Assembly: GCA_963831755.1 (NCBI GenBank)
Contig: CAWHRC010000018.1
Span: forward strand, 1,690 to 65,689
Origin: an uncultured Acidobacteriota bacterium
GTDB lineage: Bacteria; Acidobacteriota; Vicinamibacteria; Fen-336
Length of the DNA stretch: 64,000 nucleotides
Direction: 5' to 3'
In this document: positions 31,970 through 41,587 of the stretch, piece after piece
How positions within the stretch are numbered: the stretch's first letter is position 1
Layout of the letters: every line of letters starts with the position of its first letter
Position numbers and translations under genes: made by a program
The notes under the pieces: model-generated
What the model was told of the DNA's origin: nothing
The model's database searches: none
What the model saw: only the letters and a program-made list of their open reading frames with translations

Positions 31970-33268
31970 TCACACCACGGCCGGCCCCTCGGGCGTGCCC
32001 GACCACTTCGGCGCGAGGTTCTCGCAGCCGGTCTCGGTCGTGACCACGGTGTCCTCGTGGCGGATGCCCAGCTCGCCGGGGACGTAGACGCCGGGCTCGT
32101 CGGTGAACGTGATGCCGGCCCGCAGCTTCGTCGTGTTGCCGCGCACCATGTACGGCCACTCGTGGCCGTCGAGGCCGATCCCGTGGCCGAGGCGATGCGT
32201 GAGGTACTTGTAGCCGGGGCCGAAGCCCCCGTCCTCGATCACCCGGCGCGCGGCGGCGTCGATCGCCTGGCACTCGACGCCGGGCCGGGCCGCGTCGAAG
32301 GCCGCCCGCTGCGCGCGCCGCACGAGGTCCCACACGCGGCGCTGGCGGTCCGTCGGCGGAGCGCCGAAGACACCCGTGCGCGTGATGTCGCTCTCGTAGC
32401 CGTGGACGCGGCAGCCGCCGTCGATCAGCACGACGTCGCCCGGGCGCAGCGTCCTCGGCTTCGACGTGCCGTGCGGGAAGGCGGCGTCCGGGCCGAACAG
32501 CACCAGCGCGCCGCCGCGCACGCCGAGCCGCCGGTGGGCCGCTGCGGCCCAGGCCGAGACCTGGGCGACGGTGAGGCCCTCGCGCAGCGAGGCGAACAGC
32601 GCCCGGTACGCCGTCAGCGTGAGCAGGCAGGCGCGGCGCAGCAGCGCGAGCTCGTGAGCGTCCTTGACCATCCGGCAGCCGGCCGTGACCGGCATCGCCG
32701 GGACGAGCCGAGCCGCCGGGGCGGCCTGCGCGACGCCGTCGGAGAAGGCGAACGGCAGCGTCTCCTCGACGCCCACGCGGCCGGCGGCGGCGCCGCGCTC
32801 CTTGAGCGCAGCCGCCACGAGCACGTAGGGCGACTCGTCCTCCTGCCAGGCGCGCACGTCGGCGCCGAGCCTGATCTGCTGGCGTGCGCGATCCTCCTCG
32901 AAGGCGGGCGTGATCCAAACGGGATCGCCGGAGCGGCCGAGCACGAGGCCCAGGAAGCGCTCCGAGAGGCCCCACTCGGCGCCCGTGAAGTAGAGGAGAC
33001 TCGAGCCGGGACCGACGACGATCGCGTCGAGGCCGTTCTCGGTCATCGAGCGCTGGGCCTGCACCAGCCGCGCCCGGTGCTCCTCGACGCTGACCGGTGT
33101 CACGCCGTCGACGAGCGGCCGCAGGGCGAGCACCGGCGCCGGCAGCTGATCGGCAGCTGGATGCTCCTGGCCGCGGGCCGCACCCGCGTCGATCGCCGCG
33201 AGCGCGCCCGCGCAGCCCGTCAGCCGCAGCAGCCGCCGCCTCCCTTCGCCGGATCGAGTGAGCGCCAT
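31970..33268 (-). CDS. Tat-exported Xaa-Pro peptidase (M24B)
   Basis: GRRRLL signal, FPHG, LIDGGC..YESDITRT, HRLGHGIGLDGHE, TDEPGVY, IRHED. Confidence 0.92.
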   Translation of the reverse strand: MALTRSGEGRRRLLRLTGCAGALAAIDAGAARGQEHPAADQLPAPVLALRPLVDGVTPVSVEEHRARLVQAQRSMTENGLDAIVVGPGSSLLYFTGAEWGLSERFLGLVLGRSGDPVWITPAFEEDRARQQIRLGADVRAWQEDESPYVLVAAALKERGAAAGRVGVEETLPFAFSDGVAQAAPAARLVPAMPVTAGCRMVKDAHELALLRRACLLTLTAYRALFASLREGLTVAQVSAWAAAAHRRLGVRGGALVLFGPDAAFPHGTSKPRTLRPGDVVLIDGGCRVHGYESDITRTGVFGAPPTDRQRRVWDLVRRAQRAAFDAARPGVECQAIDAAARRVIEDGGFGPGYKYLTHRLGHGIGLDGHEWPYMVRGNTTKLRAGITFTDEPGVYVPGELGIRHEDTVVTTETGCENLAPKWSGTPEGPAVV

Positions 33269-33307
33269 CGTGGGAGCCTCGGAGCGCTATGTTACGCTGG
33301 GCGATCG

Positions 33308-36163
33308 ATGCCCGCAGGCCGCGCCGGCCCTGGATTCCCGCAGCTCCGATCGATCGCGCTCGCGGCCGCACTCGGGCTCGCCGGCCCCTCCGCACACGCC
33401 GCGTCCTACCCGCCCGGCTACCACTTCCGAACCGTCTCGAACGACCGCGTCTCCGTTCACTTCCACCAGGGTTACGAGGCGATGGCGCGGGAAGCGGCCG
33501 CTCTCGCAGCCGAGCTGCTCGCACGCCACGAGCAGCGCTACCGGCAGACGGTCGGGCGCGTGCAGATCGTGCTGGTGGACGCCGACGACGAGGCGAACGG
33601 CTTCGCCTCGCCGCTGCCCTACCCGTTCGTCACGATCCGCGCCGCGGCCCCGGCCGGTGACGACGCCTTCGGCAACCACGAGGGCTGGCTGCGGCTCGCG
33701 CTGACGCACGAGCTCGCCCACGTGGTCCACCTCGAGGAGGCGCGCGGGCTGTGGCGTGCGGGGCGGCACGTGTTCGGCCGCGCCCCGTTCCTGTTCCCGA
33801 ACACGCTGGCGATGTCCTGGATGATCGAGGGCCTGGCGACCTTCGAGGAGACCGAGCTCACGGCGTTCGGCCGTGGGCGCAACGCCGACTCGCGGATGGT
33901 GCTGCGCATGGCGGCGCTCGATCGCCGCTTTCCCGGAGAGGACCAGGCGATCTACGGGCTCGACGCCTGGCCGGGCGGTCAGGCTCCGTACCTGTTCGGC
34001 GAGGCCTTCCTCCGGCGTCTCTCGGGGCAGTCCGGCGACGGCACGCTGCCGCGGCTGGCACGCCAGCACGCCACCCAGCTCCTGCCGTTCCTGGACGGCC
34101 GGACGGTCAAGAAGGTGACGGGCGCCGGGCTCGACGCGCAGTGGAGGGCGTGGGCCGGCGAGGCCGCGGAGGCGTTCGCGCGCGAGACGGAGGACCGCCG
34201 TCGTGCCGGCCTCACGCAGGCGACCGGCCTGACGAAGCGCGGCATCCGCCAGTCCGGGCCGCGCTTCAGCCCCGACGGGGCGTGGATCGCCTACACCAGC
34301 GGCACGCTGACGCGCTTTCCCCAGCTGCGCCTGATGCGGCCCGACGGCAGCGAGGACCACCCGCTCGTCCTGCGCAACGGCGGCTCCGGCCTCGCCTGGA
34401 CGCCCGACGGGCGCGCCCTGGTGATGGCGGAGCTGCAGGTCCACCACACCTTCGCCGTGTTCGGCGACCTGAGTCTCGTGGAGGTCCCGGGCGGCGCCGT
34501 GCGCCGCCTGACGCGCGGCGCGCGGGCCCTCGACCCCGACGTCTCGCCGGACGGCGGGACCGTCGTGTTCGTGCGCAAGCTCGGCGACCGCAGCGACCTG
34601 TTCACGGTCGGCATCGGCGGGGTCGGCCTGTCGCGGCTGACGAGCTCCGTGCCCGGCGTCGAGTGGAGCGGGCCGCGCTTCGACCCGAACGGCGGCGCGG
34701 TCGTGGCCTCGCGCCTGCTCCCCGGCGGCTGGCTCGACCTCGTGCGCGTCGACCGCACCAGCGGTGCGATCGAGCAGCTCACGCACGACCGCGCGGCCGA
34801 CGTCGAGCCCACCTGGACCCCGGACGGCCGGGCGGTCATTTTCCGATCCGACCGCGACGGCATCCCCAACCTCTACGCGCTGCGGCTGTCCGACCGCTCG
34901 CTCGTGCGCGTGACGAACGTGCTCGGCGGCGCCTTCCAGCCCTCGGTGAGCCCCGACGGGCGCAGGGTCGCGTACTCGGACTACTCCTCGCGCGGGTTCG
35001 ACGTCGCCACGGCGCCGCTCGAACTCGCTGCCGCGCCGCCCGCCGCGGCGTACGTCGACACGCACCCGGCGCCCCGCCCCGACCCGCTGCCCGAGTCTTC
35101 GCCGGCCAAGCCCTATCGGGCGTGGGGGATGCTGCTGCCCCACTTCTGGTCGCCGTGGTTCGAGGCGGGGGGCCAGGAAACGCGCGTGGGCGCCGCGACG
35201 GGCGGCTCGGACGCGCTCTTCCACCACGTGTGGGCCCTGCGCGGCACCTACGGCACGCAGACGCAACGGGCCAACGTCACTGGCTTCTACGTCTACGACC
35301 GCTTCCGCACGACCCTGCTGCTGACCGGCCAGGACACGAGCGAGCGCTTCAGCCGGACGCTGCACGACGGCAGCTCCATCGCACAGACGCAGCGCACGCG
35401 GCGGCTGAACCTGCAGGCCTCCCTGCCGCTGCGGCGCACCATCCGCTCGCTGCAGACGCTCTCGGTCACCTACAGGCGCGAGCGCGAAGAGGTGCCGGGC
35501 AGCACGCGGCCCGAGGACCGCTCGGACGTCGGCGGCATCGAGACGGCGTGGGCGCTCAGCTCCGCGCGATCCTACCCGTACTCGATCTCCGCCACCGACG
35601 GCGGGCTGCTGAGCCTCGCCTGGTTGCACGCCGCGCGGGCCCTCGGCAGCGACGACACCTTCGACAAGCTCACGCTGGACGTCCGCGGCTACCGGCCGCT
35701 GTTCGGCTCGCGCGACGTCGTCGCGGCGCACGTCGCGCTCGGCACGAGCACGGGCCGGCCCCGCTACCAGCCGTTCTCGGTGGGCGGCTACCCCGATTCC
35801 GCCCTGTTCGACGCCGGCGCCAACCTGACCGTCCTGCGCGGCTATCCCGACGACGCCTTCGCCGGGCGGCGTTTCGCCGGGGCGAACCTCGAGTACCGCT
35901 TCCCGCTCGTCACGCCGCAGCGCGGCTGGCGCTCGCTGCCAGTCTTCCTGCGCCACCTGCACGGCACGCTGTTCGTCGACGCGGCGAACGCCTGGTCGGG
36001 CGCCTTTCGCGCGCGGGACGTCAGGACCGCAGCGGGCGCATCGCTGGGCGTCGACACCGCGCTCGGGTACACGCTTCCCGTCACGGCCGAGCTGACGTTC
36101 GCGCGGGGCTTCGATCCCAGAGGCGACACCCGGGTCTACCTGAGGTTCGGGCTGGCGTTCTGA
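33308..36163 (+). CDS. Omp85/BamA-TamA-like outer membrane protein with an N-terminal gluzincin peptidase and TolB-like propeller
   Basis: THELAHVVH..WMIEGLA, PD40 repeats (FSPDG, WTPDG), LRGYP (VRGY-like), NLEYRFPL and terminal YLRFGLAF. Confidence 0.8.
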   Translation: MPAGRAGPGFPQLRSIALAAALGLAGPSAHAASYPPGYHFRTVSNDRVSVHFHQGYEAMAREAAALAAELLARHEQRYRQTVGRVQIVLVDADDEANGFASPLPYPFVTIRAAAPAGDDAFGNHEGWLRLALTHELAHVVHLEEARGLWRAGRHVFGRAPFLFPNTLAMSWMIEGLATFEETELTAFGRGRNADSRMVLRMAALDRRFPGEDQAIYGLDAWPGGQAPYLFGEAFLRRLSGQSGDGTLPRLARQHATQLLPFLDGRTVKKVTGAGLDAQWRAWAGEAAEAFARETEDRRRAGLTQATGLTKRGIRQSGPRFSPDGAWIAYTSGTLTRFPQLRLMRPDGSEDHPLVLRNGGSGLAWTPDGRALVMAELQVHHTFAVFGDLSLVEVPGGAVRRLTRGARALDPDVSPDGGTVVFVRKLGDRSDLFTVGIGGVGLSRLTSSVPGVEWSGPRFDPNGGAVVASRLLPGGWLDLVRVDRTSGAIEQLTHDRAADVEPTWTPDGRAVIFRSDRDGIPNLYALRLSDRSLVRVTNVLGGAFQPSVSPDGRRVAYSDYSSRGFDVATAPLELAAAPPAAAYVDTHPAPRPDPLPESSPAKPYRAWGMLLPHFWSPWFEAGGQETRVGAATGGSDALFHHVWALRGTYGTQTQRANVTGFYVYDRFRTTLLLTGQDTSERFSRTLHDGSSIAQTQRTRRLNLQASLPLRRTIRSLQTLSVTYRREREEVPGSTRPEDRSDVGGIETAWALSSARSYPYSISATDGGLLSLAWLHAARALGSDDTFDKLTLDVRGYRPLFGSRDVVAAHVALGTSTGRPRYQPFSVGGYPDSALFDAGANLTVLRGYPDDAFAGRRFAGANLEYRFPLVTPQRGWRSLPVFLRHLHGTLFVDAANAWSGAFRARDVRTAAGASLGVDTALGYTLPVTAELTFARGFDPRGDTRVYLRFGLAF

Positions 36164-36212
36164 AGGGGCGCGCGCGCCGCAACGCCTCTGCCCGCGGGCA
36201 GCAGGGGCCGGC

Positions 36213-37583
36213 TCAGTGGGGCAGGCCGAACGCGAAATAGACCGCCGACACGGCGGCCAGGGCCCAGGCACCCGGGCGCAGCTCGCGCACGCGGCCCGCG
36301 GCCGTCTTGGCGAGCGGGTACAGCAGCAGGCCGGCCGTGAGGCCGTTGCCGATGTTGTAGGTGAAGACCATGATGGCGATCGTGGCGAAGGCCGGCACCA
36401 GCTCCGTGAGGTCGTCGAAGTCGATGCCGCGCGCGGAAGCCGTCATCAGCAGGCCGACGGCGATGAGCGCCGGCGCGTAGGCGCAGCGCAGGCGCTGCAG
36501 CGGCTCGACCAGCGGCACGAAGAACAGCGTGGCCAGGAACAGCGCCCCCGTGGTGAGCGCGGCGAGGCCAGTCCTGGCCCCCTCCCGAATCCCCGCAGCG
36601 GACTCGACGTAGGCGCCGCTGGTCGTCGTGCCGACGAGGCCGGCGAACACGCAGCTGAGCGCGTCCACGGTCATCGGTCGCTCGATCTGCGGAAACCGGC
36701 CCTGCTCGTCCAGCAGGCCCGCGGCGGCACCGAGCCCGACCAGCGTGCCGAGCGTGTCGAGCAGGCCCATGATCACCAGCGTGAGGAGCGCCGGCAGGAA
36801 CGCCAGCCGTAGCACGCCGGCCACGTCCAGCCTGAGCCAGAGCGGTGCGAGGCTCAGCTCTCCGGCGAACGGCAGGGCGCCGAGCGCGCGCGGGGCCTCG
36901 CCGTAGCCGAACAGGACCGCGGCCAACGCGACCGCCACGATGCCGATCAGCAGCGCGCCGCGCACACGGCGCTGCAGCAGCACGGCCATCAGCGCGAAGC
37001 CGGCGACGGCCAGCAGCACGGTGGGCTCGCGCAGGTTGCCGATCCGCAGCGGTACGTCCGGCGCCCGCAGCAGGCCACCAGGGCCGCTGAGGGCGGCGGC
37101 GGGCAGCCCGGCGGCGCCGCTCGTCACGATGCCGGTCTCGTAGAGGCCGATCAGAGCGAGGAACAGGCCGATCCCGACCGCGAACGAGTGCTTCATGCTG
37201 GTCGAGACCGCGTCGGCCAGCCACGAGCGGATGCCGACGAGCGTGATCAGCAGGAACACCACGCCGCTCACGAACACGGCCCCCAGCATCTGCGGCCAGG
37301 TCGCGCCGATCGCTCCCAGGCCGAAGGCGACGAACGCGTTCTCGCCCATGTAGGGCGCCACGGCGATCGGCCGGTCGGCGTACAGCGCCATCAGCAGGCA
37401 GCCGAAGGCGGCGGTGAGGATGGTCGCGACGGTGCTGGGGCCGGACGGGATGCCGGCGAAGGAGAGGATCGCCGGGTTGACGACCACGATGTAGGCCATC
37501 GTGGCGAAGGTGGTGGCGCCGCCGAGCAGCTCGCGCCTCGCGCTGGTGCCGTGGGCCCGCAGGTGGAACAGCCGCTCCAGCAT
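36213..37583 (-). CDS. NCS2/AzgA family purine permease
   Basis: ELLGGATTFATMAYI.VVNP.IL, APYMGENAF, DTLGTL, YVESAAGI..GARTGL. Confidence 0.92.
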   Translation of the reverse strand: MLERLFHLRAHGTSARRELLGGATTFATMAYIVVVNPAILSFAGIPSGPSTVATILTAAFGCLLMALYADRPIAVAPYMGENAFVAFGLGAIGATWPQMLGAVFVSGVVFLLITLVGIRSWLADAVSTSMKHSFAVGIGLFLALIGLYETGIVTSGAAGLPAAALSGPGGLLRAPDVPLRIGNLREPTVLLAVAGFALMAVLLQRRVRGALLIGIVAVALAAVLFGYGEAPRALGALPFAGELSLAPLWLRLDVAGVLRLAFLPALLTLVIMGLLDTLGTLVGLGAAAGLLDEQGRFPQIERPMTVDALSCVFAGLVGTTTSGAYVESAAGIREGARTGLAALTTGALFLATLFFVPLVEPLQRLRCAYAPALIAVGLLMTASARGIDFDDLTELVPAFATIAIMVFTYNIGNGLTAGLLLYPLAKTAAGRVRELRPGAWALAAVSAVYFAFGLPH

Positions 37584-37590
37584 CGCGCCT

Positions 37591-37638
37591 ACTCTATCCC
37601 TGCTGCCGGTTGACGGCGCCCGGCCCAGCCCATAGAGT
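37591..37638. promoter_or_regulatory. Divergent sigma70 promoters
   Basis: Plus strand: TTGACG (37610)-17 nt-TAGAGT (37633). Minus strand: TAGAGT (37596-37591), 7 nt before the permease ATG. Confidence 0.6.
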
Positions 37639-37651
37639 CGTCGCAGCCGCG

Positions 37652-38446
37652 ATGTCCAGCCCTCCGGCCGGGAGCGAACCCGCAGCGAGCCTCGCGGCGG
37701 AGCCCCCCGACGTGGTGGTCGTCGTGCCCTGCTACGACGAGGCGGCGCGTCTGGATCGCGCGGCGTTCCTCGGCTGTCAGCTTCCGGCCCGCAGGCTGCG
37801 CTTCTGCTTCGTCAACGACGGCAGCCGCGACCAGACGCTGGCCCTGCTGCAGGGGCTGTGCCGCGAGCGGCCCGACCTCGGCTTCGTGCTCGACCTGTCG
37901 CAGAACCGGGGCAAGGCCGAGGCCGTGCGACTGGGGCTGCTGGCCGCGCTGGAGCTCGCCCCGAAGGCGGTCGGCTTCTGGGACGCGGACCTGGCGACTC
38001 CACTCACGGAGCTGCCCCGCTTCTGCGACGTGCTGGACGGCAGCCCGGAGGTCGACCTGGTGCTCGGCTCACGTGTCAGGCTGCTGGGTCGCCGGATCGA
38101 GCGCAGCGCGCTGCGGCACTACCTGGGCCGCGTGTTCGCGACCGGCGCCTCGCTCACGCTCGGGCTTCCCGTGTACGACACGCAGTGCGGCGCCAAGCTG
38201 CTGCGAGCCGTGCCCCTGGTGCGCGAGCTGCTGGCGGAGCCCTTCCTCACGCGCTGGGTGTTCGACGTCGAGCTCCTGGCCCGCCTCGCGCGGCAGGTGA
38301 GGGGCAGCGGGGTGCCCGTCGAGCGGCGCGTCTACGAGCTCCCGCTGCTGCGCTGGACGGACGTCCCGGGCTCGAAGGTACGGCCGTGGGACTTCCTGCG
38401 CTCGGGCCTCGAGCTCGTGCGCATCTTTCGGGCCTACCGCCGCTAG
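37652..38446 (+). CDS. GT2 polyprenol-phosphate glycosyltransferase (DPM/DPG synthase-like)
   Basis: VVVPCYDE, VNDGSRD, NRGKAEAVR, WDADLATP, DTQCGAKL, FDVELL. Confidence 0.9.
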   Translation: MSSPPAGSEPAASLAAEPPDVVVVVPCYDEAARLDRAAFLGCQLPARRLRFCFVNDGSRDQTLALLQGLCRERPDLGFVLDLSQNRGKAEAVRLGLLAALELAPKAVGFWDADLATPLTELPRFCDVLDGSPEVDLVLGSRVRLLGRRIERSALRHYLGRVFATGASLTLGLPVYDTQCGAKLLRAVPLVRELLAEPFLTRWVFDVELLARLARQVRGSGVPVERRVYELPLLRWTDVPGSKVRPWDFLRSGLELVRIFRAYRR

Positions 38447-38481
38447 ATTGCGGCGCGGCGCGTGGGCCGCCGACGGCAGGT

Positions 38482-39510
<1,029 letters not shown>

Positions 39511-39623
39511 GAGCGGGCCTCCAGTCCGCGAGAGGCTACACGATCGACCGGGGCGACGCCAACCGGCTGAGGCCGTGGTCACTCGCCGCCCTCGGTGCGA
39601 CAATTCGGCACCGGAGGACCGCG

Positions 39624-39947
39624 CTGGAATACGGTACGTTCGAGAGAGTCATTGGCCTGGTCATCCCCGCGCTGATCCTGGCGATCCCGGTCCTCGGGGG
39701 CGTCGTCCTGCTGATCGTCGGGTTCCTCAGGCGCCGGCAGGCCGCGGAGCTTGCCGAGCAGGCCCTCAGCGAGGCGTCGTTCAGGGCGTGGCAGGACGCG
39801 ATCGAACGCCTGTCCGTGCCCTGCGAAAGCTGCGGCCAGCCCGCACACCCGGTGCCGGCCTCTGGCGATCGCTACGTGTGCCCGGCCTGCCACCACAGCT
39901 TCCCCGGGGAGAGGCACGACGCGCCCCTGCCGCCCCCGGAGACGTAG
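39624..39947 (+). CDS. Unannotated membrane-anchored Zn-ribbon protein (107 aa), probable CTG start
   Basis: GGAGG RBS 6 nt before CTG, TM segment [27 protein letters not shown] followed by RRR, then CESC-x15-CPAC. Absent from the ORF track. Confidence 0.7.
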   Translation: MEYGTFERVIGLVIPALILAIPVLGGVVLLIVGFLRRRQAAELAEQALSEASFRAWQDAIERLSVPCESCGQPAHPVPASGDRYVCPACHHSFPGERHDAPLPPPET

Positions 39948-40022
39948 CCGAGTTGCGGGTCGAGTGGTCCGGATCGCTCGGGCGAGGAGTCGTATGGGTC
40001 ATTTGAGATCATGTTTGGGCAA

Positions 40023-40051
40023 TTGACCGTGCAGTCGAAGGCGCGTATCGT
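40023..40051 (+). promoter_or_regulatory. Sigma70 promoter of the PKD lipoprotein gene
   Basis: TTGACC-17 nt-TATCGT. Confidence 0.55.
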
Positions 40052-40080
40052 CATTCGCCATGGTGACGAGGCTGTCGACG

Positions 40081-40515
40081 ATGGAGAACCGATCCCGCCG
40101 TCCGGCGTGCACGAGGGCAGTCTCGCTCGGCGCGACGTTGCTGTTCGCCGTCATGGCCCCTGCCTGCATTTCCTCTTCCTCGACCCCGACCGTGACCGCG
40201 AACGTAGCGCCGATGGCGGCGTTCGTTTACAGCCCCGTGTCTCCCATCCTTGCGGCCCAGACCCCGGTCGTGTTCAACGCCTCCGAGAGCGTCGACTCCG
40301 ACGGCACGATCGCCGCCTACACCTGGGACTTCGGCGATGCGAGCGCCCAGCAGACGTCCGCGGTGCCCACGATCACGCACGTCTTCCCGGTCACGACCAG
40401 CACCTGCGTCGACATCACGTACACGGTGCTGCTGACCGTGACGGACAACGCGGGCGCTCACGCCTCGTTCAGCAACACGATCGCCGTCACGCAGCCCTGT
40501 CCCCAACCCCAGTAG
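40081..40515 (+). CDS. PKD-domain lipoprotein
   Basis: Lipobox-like MAPAC, then FNASESVDSDGTIAAYTWDFGD and YTVLLTVTDNAG. Confidence 0.85.
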   Translation: MENRSRRPACTRAVSLGATLLFAVMAPACISSSSTPTVTANVAPMAAFVYSPVSPILAAQTPVVFNASESVDSDGTIAAYTWDFGDASAQQTSAVPTITHVFPVTTSTCVDITYTVLLTVTDNAGAHASFSNTIAVTQPCPQPQ

Positions 40516-40957
40516 AGCCGTCTCGGCGTCCGACGACAGCTCCGGCTGTCCGGTGGTCGTTCCATCCTTTCGCGCCGATCGCGCGAGACTAGCGACGCCC
40601 ATCCACGCGCGTTCGCCATCGGCTACGGCCTAGAGGACCCGATCCCGGCCGATACCCTGGTGGCTGGTGGCCGAGGTGAACGAGAGGGTAGACGTCGCCC
40701 CTGAACGGTGACGCGCAGTATCGGATACTCTTGATTCGCTAATCGGCTCACTATCGTTGTGACCCGGCCGATTGATGGGGCGTAAAGGCGCACAAACCGC
40801 TTGACAGTGGCCGGCGTTCGTGCGAGTCTTCGCGCACCCTCACGGTCAATCTCCCTCCATAACCGTGATGCCGTCGTGTCGAAAAGCCGGAAGCGGTTCT
40901 CTCCCGTGAGCACCGCTCGCTCGGTCTTTCGCAGGGCGGAGGTTCGGAGGGAGATCG

Positions 40958-41587
40958 ATGCAGAGCGACACCGACCGTTGCCAGCCCGGGCCGCTTCGCT
41001 GCGCGAAGCGGATCGTCCTCGCCGTGTTGGCCCTGTCGCTGGCGGTGCCCGCCACGAGGCTCGGCGCCCAGGAGCCGCCCCCGAAGGCGGAGGCTCCGCC
41101 GACGGGCGCGTATCTCGTCGCCCCCGGCGACGTTCTCTCACTGTTCGTCTGGAAAGAGACCGACCTCACGCGCGAGGTGACCGTCGGCGTCGACGGTCGC
41201 ATCTCGGTGCCGCTCGTCGGTGACGTCGAGGCCGAGGGAAAGACGACGGCAGAGCTGACCGCGGACCTCCGCGACCGCCTCTCGCGCTTCCTGTCGGCTC
41301 CCAGCGTCACGGTGGGCGTCAAGCAGTCCAACAACAGCTCCTTCTACGTGGTCGGGCGAGTCGCCAAGCCTGGCGAGTACCCCCTGCGCGGCCGCACGAC
41401 GTTCCTGCAGGCGCTCGCCGTGGCGGGCGGCTTCGCGGAGTTCGCGAAGACCGACCGCGTGCTGATCGTGCGGCGGCAGGACCGCGGCGACGCCGGGGTG
41501 TTCGTCGACTACAAGAAGCTGGCGCAGGGCGAGGACCTCACGCAGAACGTGGTCCTGAGGCCGTCCGACACGATCGTGGTCCAGTGA
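40958..41587 (+). CDS. Short polysaccharide export (OPX/Wza-like) protein with Poly_export and SLBB domains
   Basis: YLVAPGDVL, VDGRISVPLVGDV, VVGRVAKPGEY, ALAVAGG, LRPSDTIVV. Confidence 0.9.
   Translation: MQSDTDRCQPGPLRCAKRIVLAVLALSLAVPATRLGAQEPPPKAEAPPTGAYLVAPGDVLSLFVWKETDLTREVTVGVDGRISVPLVGDVEAEGKTTAELTADLRDRLSRFLSAPSVTVGVKQSNNSSFYVVGRVAKPGEYPLRGRTTFLQALAVAGGFAEFAKTDRVLIVRRQDRGDAGVFVDYKKLAQGEDLTQNVVLRPSDTIVVQ

Noticed and set aside
32057-33307. N-terminal 417 aa of the 1368-aa ORF, and similar extensions on ORFs starting at 46210, 47886, 57050 and 59410
   Set aside because: These extensions overlap other real genes; the true starts are downstream, at signal peptides or coupled start codons.
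33287-36271. Very long antisense or alternate-frame ORFs (994 aa here; also 6061-8925, 43342-46158, 56895-59087 and others)
   Set aside because: They are Arg/Ala/Pro-rich shadow ORFs caused by stop-codon scarcity in high-GC DNA, and they overlap well-supported genes.
40800-40957. Riboswitch, sigma54 promoter or ops/JUMPstart element ahead of the EPS operon
   Set aside because: By eye I found no correctly spaced GG-N10-GC, no GGCGGTAG and no recognisable aptamer consensus; an Rfam scan is needed.
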